Part shown: in pieces, positions 1-11,738 of the stretch
Position numbering within the stretch: position 1 is the first letter of the stretch
Layout of the letters: each line of letters starts with the position of its first letter
NCBI GenBank assembly: GCA_020536535.1
Contig: JAHLWZ010000751.1
Location: 113,518-177,517 of the forward strand
Direction of reading: 5' to 3'
DNA length: 64,000 nucleotides
From: Pelomyxa schiedti
Lineage: Eukaryota; Protista; Evosea
Notes under the pieces: model-generated
What the model was told of the DNA's origin: nothing
What the model saw: the letters and a program-made list of their open reading frames with translations, nothing else
Databases searched by the model: none
Position numbers and translations under genes: made by a program

Positions 1-80
1 GGATATTAGCAGAACAGAAAACAAAACCAAAAAAAAACCGACGAAATAACGCACTTTGGACGAAATAAAAGCAACAACTA

Positions 81-1190
81 ATGGGACGCGTAGACACAAC
101 GAAAAGTGCGGCTCCATCGACAGGGACAGGAACAGCCACAGGCACGACGGGCACCGCGTCTGCCTCCCTCGCATCCCTCCACGCCCTGTCCACAGCCACA
201 ACGACCGGGGCTTCTGCAGCTTCCTCCTCCTCCTCGTCGTCGTCGTCATCATCATCCACTCGATCGCCCTCACCTTCTCCAGTTCAAACTAGAGTGGCGC
301 CTCCAAAGCCCAGGAAAACAGCTGGCTGGGTTCGCGTGGGCGGCGCCCTTAAGGTTCTCCCTTGCTTTTTTTTCTTTCTTTCTTTGTCACCCACGTTTCT
401 CACTGGACCCCCTTTCGTTCAGTGCATCGAGTCGGATGAGCTGGGGAACCTGTGGGGAGTCAGCAGCGCGGACGCGATATACTTCCGCTCCAAGTACGCG
501 GACTGGACCAAGATTCCCGGGGGCCTCAAGCAGATCAGCGTGAGCCCCTCGGGCGACGTCTGGGGAATCTCCGCCGCCCTCGACGTCTACCACCGGACCG
601 GCTGCACCGCCTCGGAGGCGCAGGGCTCCGGCTGGGAGAAAATCGACGGCAAGATGATCCACGTCTCCGCGGGCGAGGACGGCGCCGTGTGGGGCTGCAC
701 CCCCGACCACCAGGTCGTGTACCGCTCCGGGGGCCAGGGGGCCATGGGCTCCTGGGAGCCTCTTGTGGGCAGCGGGGGGCCTGAAATGTGCCAGGTATCG
801 GCGGGCCCAAACTCGCAGATCTGGGCCTGTAGTACAAGCGACGATATCTATGCTAGAGTTGGTATGTCATGGAATTTCTTTTTTTTTTTTTTTTTGGATT
901 CCACATGGTGAAAGCTTCCCTTAGGCATTAGCCCTGAGAACCCTGGCGGGAAGTCTTGGCACCAAGTAGATGGGAAATGCATATGGATCAGTGTTGGAAA
1001 CGACTGTGTGGTTTGCTGCAACAGGGCAAATGCGCTGTGGAAGCGTGTTGGTGTGGACCTGATGAACAACAACCCCTTTGGCGACAGATGGGAGAAAATG
1101 CCTGGGGGCCTCAAACAGGTACACATAAACCCCAACTGGCTAGTTACTGGGGTCAATCAATCTGATGAGATATACTACTGTCACGTTTAG
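81..1190 (+). CDS. Tectonin-like beta-propeller lectin with Ser/Thr-rich N-terminus (3 exons)
   Basis: Repeated tectonin blades (WTKIPGGLKQISVSPSGDVWGI, WEKIDGKMIHVSAGEDGAVWG, WEKMPGGLKQVHINPNW); GT-AG introns 354-422 and 861-924 join the ORF pieces in frame. Confidence 0.85.
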
Positions 1191-1301
1191 AACAATAAAA
1201 CAAATTCTTTTATTTTTGCTTGTGTAAGAGTTTGGTTTGTTTGCTGTGGAGTTGATATCAATTTCTACACTTGGTAACAATGTCTATTTGGTACAATCGT
1301 A

Positions 1302-4300
1302 TTACTCTAACTTGCTCTGAGCCGCGAGGTACTTGCAAATCTCCTTGAATGCTTTTATTTTTTGAGTTAGTTTCATCCAAGGGGTTTGAATAGTACAAGG
1401 TCTCTCATGAGGGTCAACTGCCCAGCAGTTTGTCATCAATGTACCAATAAACTCTGGTGTTCCTTCAGGAATTGCCAGCCTCTGAATGACGTAAGTGAGA
1501 TGACGAAAAGGGAGCCTCACCTTTCCAGCAATTATAAATTCAGCTATTTTCCATTGGGATGCAAACTCTGGTTCTCCAAAAGGGAGAGTCTCTGCCATTG
1601 CAACCCATACAACGAGAGAGTAGCTAAAAGAATTTGACAAAAGGAACTTTGCTTTACAGTGGCATGCCTGTAAACATCTGCTGCAGTTGAGTACTTGTCG
1701 TTTTCAAGAATCTCTACTCGGAAATGAAAAATATAATAGGGAAAAAGTGGGAAAAACCTGGTGCCATATATGCAGGTGTTCCAACACCCTACCTTCAAGG
1801 TGAATTAGAGATAAATTCTAAGTACACACCTTCGTGTAGTACTGAGTGGCTTGAGACCGATTTATTCCTCTAAAGTGGCTGTTTGCAAAAAAAAGGGGGA
1901 AGAAAAAGGCGAATTAGCCCAAACCTGGCAGTCCCAAGATCACTAATTTTACAACAGACAGGAGCATCGGCATCTAGACACACAACCTGAGCATATTAAT
2001 ACCTGGAGTTTCCTAGGTTTTTTGAGCTTACTAATAAGTTATCCTTTATGTTGTTAGAACGAGAAAACGAGTGTGTGACCAACCGGCTTGAGATCTCTAT
2101 TTATTTGTAGAAGAGGAAGTTAGAGAAATTACCCTTTATAGAAGCCAACCTGTGAAGCATTCCAGCTGAGTGGATGTGATGCATACCTTGTTGTTTGAAA
2201 GTGAGGTCCGAATTTTGAAAAGGAAACAATACCCTTTGCACAGTCTGTTAAACATTTGACCTTGAACGGAACAGAGAATTTGTTCTTGGCCATAGCTGAA
2301 GTGAAGCTGCCATACTCACATAACCTTGTTTGAGAGTTTTCACTATTTCCTATTTATTACATAATAACATACTCTGTCACTATAGCAAGATTCCCGGGAA
2401 TCAAACAAGCTCCTGAAAAAAGAGTTTTTAATGGGAGTGAGGGAAATTTTTCGTGTACCAACAAAATTCACTACCTATGGAAAGTCAGACTGAAGACATT
2501 AGGTTATGGATCAAATACATAGGGACTTTTAAGTTTGTTCATTGCGGAAATTTCATTCTCAAAAGCTGTGGTCTCAGCAGAGGAAATTCTTTGGTTCTTA
2601 AGAAGTTTGACTGCGACTTCTTGTCCATGCCACTCGGCTCGAAATACCTTTTCTACACCTTACTTGTTGGAGGTTTGACTTAAACTTACTGTTCCATATG
2701 AGCCATCTCCAATGGGAGGCTGAGTAAGAGTAATTTCATCGGGATCTAACTGGGGTCAACAAAAATTGGAGTAACTTACGTTCTGAACCAAGCTTTACAG
2801 AAGCTTCAGTAGAAAGTGATATTGTAATCAAGGCATGATTTTCACATTTTTCCCATGTTGATCCTTGAATGAGAGATGAATGGACATTTACTTCTGTATG
2901 GGCAACCTGCGCATACTCCAAGTGGAATTTCTATATGAAGAACAGTAGTGCAATAAACTGTAAGGTAAATAGAAACATCTATCTGCTCTCCCTGCAACAT
3001 AAAATTAGTTAAAGCGGGAGGGAAATAAAGTACAGAATTAAGTGTCCCAGTGTTTGGTTCGAACTTCAGGGTGTATTTTGGATTCAACGGAGGAAACAAC
3101 TTCCAGGTATACTTCTTTTCAGATCGATCGTTTAGAATTGTAAACTGTGATTCAATTTGGCGGTCAATAGGAGCCAAATTGGTGTCGAATCCCATGGTAA
3201 TAGGCTTGGATGGAACCTTCAAAATTGTTGTGACAGGTGTTGTTATTTGAGAAAACATACTGATAGAACAAAATTGTTTTCTGATAAAAGTCTGAGTTTT
3301 AATTAGGTTCTAGAGGGAAAATGTAGACAAGAAAACTACATAGACTCTCCAGGATCAAATGTATTTCTCGCTTGCAACTCAAATCCATACTGAAAGGAAG
3401 TAGTAATGGCTTCTTCTGGCTTATTTTTGTATCTACAAACTTGAGAAGGGAAGAAAAAAAAAACCGACTGTACATTCGCCACAGGATAAAACCGAAAACA
3501 ATAACAACACATAGGGCAATCAAAAGTATAGGAATAACAATGGCAGCAATTTCTGTTCTATGTTAATTAACGGAGAAAAAGGAGAGGCAATACTTGAGCC
3601 AAGGCTGTTGTGCTTTTTTCCTTGACTTGAGGAATCAGTTGATGGGAATGGCTCTGTTGATGACATGGGTTGAGATACTGAACTTGATGACTCAGAGTGA
3701 CTACTACTGCTCTCACTGACGCTGGAACTATCGCTCACACTGTTACTACTGCTACTAAAACTCTCACTGCTGCTACTTATGCTATTAGATGAAGAATAAC
3801 TAGGAAACCAGTCAATAGGATATGAGTACTGCTTCTTGGATGTAAGATTAACAAGTTTAACAGAGAAGCTTTCAGAACACATGAAGTATAGTTCAATTTG
3901 CACAACTTGCTGCAGATCAATTGGTCCGTTGCTAGTAACACACCAAACTTCATCCTCAAACTCACACCAATCACGGATTGATGTACTAGAACTAGCCGAG
4001 GCACTAGTTGACATTGACGTACTTAGACTTGGCGAACTTGTGAAAGAACTACTGAGTGAAGAAAAGCTGTTGCTTGTGGAACTGTACAAATTTGTACTTT
4101 CCGAAGAACTCGCGTCGCTGTAGCCATATGAAAAGCTGTCAGAGTGAGAAGATGAAGAGCTGCTTGTTCCTCGCAGGTGAATTAACAAAGGAGTGACCAC
4201 GGAGGAAGAGCTTTGACTGGAGCTCCAAGACTCACTGGTTGTACTGTCTGAAGCTGAAGTACTTAGTGTGGAATCACTCTGTGATTGTGAGCTACTGAAG

Positions 4301-7300
4301 GAAGTTGACCCACTGAGGGAGACTGATTCACTAAGAGAAGATGATCCACTCAGAGAAGATGATCTACTGAGAGAATTGGAGAAACTGGAAGATACAGAGT
4401 CACTCAGTGATGCAGAAACACTGCAAGAACGTGATTCACTTTGTAGCAAGACCCATAGTGGCAATCCAAGCTCCATCCTTGTGGAGTGATCAATGCACAG
4501 GTGAAGGAGGGGTGAATACCAACTCAGATTCATAAAGAAATTTAAATCCTTGGCCTGCCACTGTTGCCAGTGGCCATCTCTGCTAAAAACTAAAACTTTG
4601 GGGATCACAGTTTTGAAATCGGCAATGGAACTGGCAGCATATTTTAGAACAAGCCTACAGTTCTTTTAGAGGGAAGTTATTAAGTGAGGGAAAACCAATC
4701 TTGCCCAACATCAATAAGACAATGATTTGTTAGAAGAGAAACAGAAGCATTTGTAACATGGGAGTACAGAATTCGAACCCCCATTTTGTCAGGGCCACTT
4801 AATAGGGAGTTGCTTGATACCTGTGCATAGGTTGATGCCAATAGATTGGAAGGCATCGTCATGGGAACTAAAGAAAATTGAGCACAGGTTAAGTGGTTGG
4901 TACATACCAACTCGGTAAGAAAACTGGAAATTAGTGGATTGGATTGGGACATATGGCACAACAGAGTACAAGTCACATCGGACAGAAGTTGGTTCAAAGC
5001 TAAAGGGCAGGTCAGTCTTCGCGGCAGTCAGCGTTTGCGAAAGGGATATGGACAGTGTTGTTCTGAGACCAGTTGCATTGACCTTACTCAGAGTTTAATA
5101 GAAGAAATGGAAAAAAGAACGTACCCAACTAAAATTCAATACATAATAACCAGTTACATATCCAAAATATGCTGGTTTCCAAAGTAATTCAAAAGTGGGC
5201 CACGCCACTTCAATTACAGATGAGAAATTAGCCAGTGGGAAGAGTGGAGTAACAGAAAGGTTTGTTGCAGGGGTTGGAAGTGTTGGTACACAAATGTCAT
5301 CAGTATCTTGGAGAAGACTTTTGAAGAGGAGGGCATTTTGATTCTGTGCAGAGCCAACATGACTAACACCTGAAGTACTGATAAAATCTGTTGTTGTGAA
5401 GCTTTTTTACAGATTAATAATAGAAGGGGTGGGTGTTGGTACCCAGCAACAAAGAGGAAATCTTTATTGAAACCCAGCGAACTAAACTGTGTGGTACCAT
5501 ACACTGGGCCAAAAATATACAAGTTAGGAAATAAACCATGAGCACCAGACGAATTGTAAAAAGGAGGTGGAATTACAGCTTCATTTATGTAAGTAGTTTT
5601 AGCAAAAAGTGTTAATACCAAGGAAAGGTAAAGTTGCATTTGTAGAAGTGGAAGTAAACCCTGAGGAAACTAAAAATGGAAGCGTAGGATGTGGTACTAT
5701 TTCAGTGATGGTAACATTATCAGTGGTATCGATGTCCTGACTATACAAAGTGATATTATTGCTGTAGAACTAAACAAATGAGACAAATTTCGTAAGTGAA
5801 GATTACCTGGAAGAATGCTATCTTGGGTTTCGTTTGGTTGCTGGTTGTTATAGAGATTATAGCTGCGACCCATAGGTCATCTTGATATTCCAATAAAGAA
5901 AGACCTGATGGCTTTCATACAACTCAGATTCATTGAGGAAACATGTTTAAGGGCACACCTTCAATGAGAGCCCCTCTGGGGCAGGAATTTCATGGTACAC
6001 CCAGTTAGAGGAATCAGCAAAGAGACGCGCCACGGCAATGGAGGATTGCGATGTACCAAGAGCAACTGCATCAATTCCACTAATGCCAACATGTGAAAAC
6101 GATGTACCTGGGAACTATTTGTAATTTGTGTTATTGGAAGAAGTTCTACAATACCAGCAAAATGACAATCAGCAATGGTCCAATTCAAATAATAAGAGAG
6201 AATGATTCCACTTTGGCTAGTGGAAGATTGGCAGAATGATCGAACTGACTCAGGAAGTGGAAAATCTTAGTGCCCCTGTTTAGTTGACACAAATAAAACA
6301 GAAAGCACACTTGAAGAAACACTGCCAGCAATCACTCTGAGGAGTGGAGGAGTGAGATTAAAAACAAAAAGGATGATTAAGTAAATACATACATCCTTGA
6401 CTCATCTACCTTGATGTCATAGAATACTTCATTATCAGATTCATACCCCCATGGAGCTAAAAAAAAAAGGTATTTAGGGGGAAGTGGTAAACGAGAAACA
6501 AACTTGACCAATATAAAGAGCAATCTGACATTGAAAAAGATGCAATGATACAATCATTTGAGAGTCGCTTATAGCCTATTCCCTATTTCTTCTGAGTGCC
6601 CTAAGCACAAATGTGGAGAACACACCACATCATAAGGTAAAGTGGTAGCCTTGATTCTGACACCACTTCCAGTTCCCACAACTTTAGAAGCTGTCAGACA
6701 AAAGAAAGATAGGAAGAAACACTACTGTAAAATAGATTGTTATATGGATCAACGGAAATCGAGTGAAGCTCTAGGTATTTGGCAGGAAAAGGCTCACTGC
6801 ACATAACACCACTAGAACTTATTTTTGCCACTTTATAGGAAGAATCGACATAAAGTATGGCATATATATCTGAAAAAGAATTCCGTGAGGAGTATAGAAG
6901 AAGTGGAAGCAACAACATTCATCATGAATAGCTATCTTCACAATGCTTGACTGGTACCATGTTGTAAGCTGAACAATAGACGAGAAGAAAATGTCAGTAT
7001 CATTGACAGCATCCTGCTGGCAGGTTGTGGAGCAATGAGTACTTTCTGATTGCCACAAGCAAAATGGGGAAGATTGACATGTGTCAGAAGATTTAACAGC
7101 CTCACATGAACAATTATCAATATCAGCAGGACTCCACTCACATGTTTGAGTAAATGTGCACCACATACATTGATCACTGAAGAGTATGAGGGATTGGAGA
7201 GATATTCTCAACAAAAGGATACTTTAAGTTGCAGTCACCACTTTGTGTGTACCCGGAACAATTTGCACATTCAGAGTACACTGGAATACAACCTTGATGT

Positions 7301-9242
7301 GCGGAGGATACATTACACCACTGACAGTCCTCATTGCAACCTTCCACATGAAGGGATTGAGGACAAAGGAGGCACATATCATCCTCATCCATACATGCAA
7401 GGGTTTCTGTTGTGTTGCAAATAACACAAGGAAGACTGAAAGAAATTAAATGGCAATCTATCTTGTTTGCCAAAATACCTGCAGGATTCAACAGGAATAT
7501 TACGGCAAGGAGTGCAAAAATCCAGTACACAGCTATGGGTGGAAGTGCACCAAGTACAGAAATTTCTTTTGACTTTAGTTTTCCAGAAAAATTAAGGTGT
7601 GGGGAACTACTCCTGGCACGTAGTTTCATCAAAAAATGTTTCACACTCTTGGCATGGGATGGTACTACAGAGGGGCAGGGGTCGATCCAAACACATCTCA
7701 CAATCAATCATAGTGCAGTAAGTTGGATTACTATTGTATGTGCTGCAGACAGGATCTATATTTTTCTCAGGAAGGAAAACCTTACTAGTACACACCATAG
7801 CTATGAAAATAATATACAGCACCTGTCATTGTGTTCCAGTAAGAGGACACAATATCTAAATATGCAGGATTGGGAACTCTAAAGAGATAAGTAATGCGGT
7901 GCAGATATCAGTGTATTCACCTAGGTGTATCAACGACACTTATTGCTTGCTGTTGAACAGTAGAGAAAGGAGGAGACATTGTAAACTTCACCCAGGTGGT
8001 GTCATGAAGTTCATAGCGGAAAAACTGTGTTCCGTTGAACATTACAATATCAGGTACACCATTGTTGTCAACATCACCAACATCAAGGCTGCAGCTGCCT
8101 CCCTGTTGGTAGTCTATGTTTTGGACAGACACCCAGTTGCCACTAGAGTCATGTGTGTAGAAGTTGATGTTCATGATACTGCTCTTCTCACATGTCACAA
8201 ATGAGTAGAGATCTTATTTTGTTGGTTCCTGTATTGGGACATGGACAACATACCATAAATCACTATGTCTTTGACAGATAAATCCGAAGCAATGGTGAAA
8301 AATGGAGTAGATATTGAATAATCATATTTTCCAGCATCACCTTCACAGCACCACAAGGTGTGGGAGTATGGAATATAAGCAATGACAATATATTTTGAAT
8401 CAAAGGACTGTGCATCCACATGTGATGGATCACCAGCTGTCCCAAATTCAAACACAGGCAGTTTTATTGAGGAGGCAGCATCTGGGTATTGTGCATACAA
8501 GAGCTGATAATCCCCTCCACCTAAAAAGCCCCAGTCTGCATTAGATGTGCCATAAAAAAATCCACTTTGAAGGGAATAGGGAGATGTTGATGGCCACACA
8601 AGTGGTGTAACAGTAAAAAATGAAGGACTTGCATCTCTGCAAGCATAAGTGTAGTGGCATGTCCATTTAAAAAACATACGAAGAGATTGCATGATTATCA
8701 GTCCAACCGGGAACAGGATCCTCATGGGTCCACACAGTGTAAAACCTCAATGTGTAGCTATATCCTACCAAAACAATAACCCCTATAGGGTCCTCTCCTG
8801 TATTGATTACAAGAGGGGCAACAGCCATGCTCTCAAAAGTTTCTCCTGTGTTTGGTTGCCAGGATTGAACTTCTGGGTCACCAGGTGGTTCACGTGGTGA
8901 TGCCAAAGAGGATGCCAGTGGCCAACGTGCTTCCCATAATGTCTAAAAGAAGGGGAAAGCAAAAAGTATAAATAAAGCATAAAAAAAACAATTTTAAAAA
9001 GAAAAACTGGATGGTGACACAACCAAGAAGCAAGGGCTCCACGCCACAGCGTACAAGTAATTGCTGTCGGAGAACGTGTAGGCTGGGAACAACTCGCAAT
9101 ATTGCTCGCCAAAAACCGACGCCCTTTCGGGGGTCACCATGTACGACTCACACAGTCCGCCGCACAACGCAACTACTACTACGACAACAACTACGACGAT
9201 CTCCGACACGCCGCGCCGCCGCACGCACGTCGCCGGACTCAT
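1302..9242 (-). CDS. Large single-pass receptor kinase (TKL group, Entamoeba TMK-like): signal peptide, FG-GAP-like motif, Cys-rich PSI-like repeats, Ser-rich stalk, TM, kinase; many exons
   Basis: N-term MSPATCVRRRGVSEIVVVVVVVVVALCGGLCES; DVGDVDNNGVPDIV; TM IAAIVIPILLIALCVVIVFGFILW near 3560-3470; spliced kinase motifs HSAGMLHRDLKP, KISDLGTAR, GVGTPAYMAPE, ADVYSYS, CWAVDPHERP. Confidence 0.85.
1624..1667 (-). other. GC-AG intron (44 nt) in kinase subdomain IX
   Basis: Only a donor at ag|gcatgc joined to ttttag|c restores ADVYS-YSLVVW; the internal GT is in the wrong phase. Confidence 0.75.
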
Positions 9243-9491
9243 TTTCGACAGTCTTGCAAACAACAAAATGAAGCGATGTTTCTTCGGAAAAGATTTGGAA
9301 TGTATGCATCTGTGAACTTGATGAACAATGTTATTATCCAGTCCAAGGAGTCTGGGGCCGCCGTACTGGTGCCACAAGCAGAACAATACTCAATAGCAAT
9401 GGAACCATTCCCAGCTCTTCTGTCTCAGTGCATGAGGAGGTTGCTCTGATCTCGCTGAACGAATTTCGCTGGAAATTCGAAACGAAAAAGA

Positions 9492-11608
9492 ATGAAGCGG
9501 GAGGTTGTACTGGTGTGTTGTGCGCTAATTTCGGGGATTTATGCCGCCGTGTGGCCACAGGTTTGACACATTGACATGTTCTCTGTTTGGTCTTACTCAA
9601 ACAACTTTGTTCATTTCACTGGCACTAGCCGTACAGTATGACTCAAGGCACCACTGTAACGATGGTAGATCCTCGTTATTTTAGCATTGGGACCACTTCT
9701 GGATCTGCTTTACTCGACAGAGCCATTGTCCGGTACATGTCTCTTATGTTCCCTTTCACTAGCAACGCCGTCACGGTGTGTCTTTCTTAACTTCAAAGCT
9801 TCCTGTTCGTAACAAATTTAGGCGTCTTCTTTCAAAGTCTCTCTCGTTGTGGGTTCTGACTCTGAGGAGCTCACTCTTGAGACAGATGACAGTTATAATA
9901 TCACAATTGGAACAAATTCTCTTTGTACCATAAACTCAAATTCGATCTTTGGTGCTATTCATGGTACTTTTACCTCAATTTTCTCCCTTTTCCCACACCT
10001 GTGCTATTAAGGACTTGAAACTTTATCACAATTGATTGAGTACAACTATCAACCCAAGGTGTACAGCATTTTTTTGCCAGTGACCATCGTTGATGTGCCA
10101 AGATTCCCATGGAGGTATCCAGATACTCGCTCTACAAAAGTATTCAAGCAAAAAAAGGGGCTTGCTCATTGACTCTTCGAGACACTTCTTGGAGCTGGAC
10201 TTGATTTACCTTCTCATTGATTCTTTGTCCTATGCCAAGGTTGGTAAATGACCTAGGAGGCCACTAAAAATTTCCTCAGATGAACGTACTGCACTGGCAC
10301 ATAACTGATGCTCAATCTTTCCCAGTGCAAAGTACTTCCTATCCCCTTTTAATTGAGGGTGCATATACCAGTGACACAATTTACACCCCAAATGATGTTA
10401 CCTCTGTAGTTGACTACGCACTTGGTACTGCCATAATTTCTCTTTCTTTGTTATCTCATCGTCGTATTTAGATCGAGGAGTGCGTGTCGTCCCCGAGTTT
10501 GATGTGCCAGGTGGAGATGTGGGAATTCAATAACCAGCTCACCAATCAAAAGGTCACAGCTACAGTTGGGGAATTGGTTATCCCGACATAACTGTTTCGT
10601 GCCCTCTGATTGACAGCAACATTAATAATGTCCCTCTGGACCCAACAATTGACTTCACATATGAGGTCATCACAGGTCTTTTTGGAGACATGAGTGCTCT
10701 TTTCCCAGATGTCTTCTTCCACATTGGTGGTGATGAAGTATGGAACAATGAGAATTGACTAGTGGGAGTGTTCTTATTACACTTTAGCTGTCTTACAGTT
10801 GCTGGCAAGAAAATGCAAATGTATCCAAGTGGATGGATGAGAACGGATACACCCCGGAACAAACAGAGGCATACTTTTTCTCAAAGGTGCACCCCATCGT
10901 TGAAGCAAATGGTAAAATTCCAATTTCCTGGGAAGAAGTGTTTACAAGTGGAACGCCACAGCCAAGTGATGCCATAGTTCAAGTGTGGAAAGTATGGCAC
11001 ACTATTTCAGATAAAACCTTCTCACCGTGATTAGAATAAGAAAACCATTGGCGATGCTGCTAACGCAGGGTATCGTACCTTGTTATCACACGGGTGGTAT
11101 TTAGATAGGCAGATTCCTCTCCCACCCAAGGTGCATTATGAGTTTGAAGATACCTGGAAGGGTGCGTGCCCAATACTTTTCACTGGAGCTTACATTGCCA
11201 AGATTTTTACGATAACGACCCCACTTCCAACATTGGTGATGTTCCTCCTGAGAACTTGAAGAACATAATAGGAGGAGAAGCAGCGTGAGCCTATACACCT
11301 TAGTCAACTGTCATTAAGTTCCCGCTAGGATGTGGGGAGAGCAAGTGGATGCCTCCAACATTCAATCCAGAATCTGGCCCCGAACTGCAGCAATTGCAGA
11401 AAGACTGTGGAGCAATGAGTCTGTTAAAGGTGCCGACCTTGCTGAAGAGAGACTCGTCGAGTTCAGGTATGCAACTCTGCGTTCCGTTGTAAGCTCCTTT
11501 CTTCTAACCAAAGTCCACAAAAGGTGCCACATCGCACAACGCGGCATTAGAGCCGGACCTGTTGCACCCGACTACTGCCCACTCCCCAAAGCCTTCACTA
11601 GTTATTGA
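9492..11608 (+). CDS. Beta-N-acetylhexosaminidase, GH20 (multi-exon)
   Basis: Signal MKREVVLVCCALISGIYAAVWPQ; motifs MNVLHWHITDAQSFP, FHIGGDE, MWGEQVD, IWPRTAAIAERLWS. Confidence 0.92.
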
Positions 11609-11738
11609 GAACCTTCCTCTTTAGTCGCAAGATTTGTGGCAAATTTATTGATTAGGCACCACCTTCTCGTGAAGCGGTGCTAAGAAAATAGGAAGTTGGT
11701 TTCTTCCAATCAATTACTGGCAAAACCCAATCAATCGA

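Noticed and set aside
9300-9449. 50-aa ORF between kinase and hexosaminidase; similar coding-like spacers at 21600-21870, 48250-48900, 50400-51050, 60200-60420, 61550-61870
   Set aside because: Short, stop-interrupted, no motif or shared repeat among them; cannot be told apart from promoter DNA by eye
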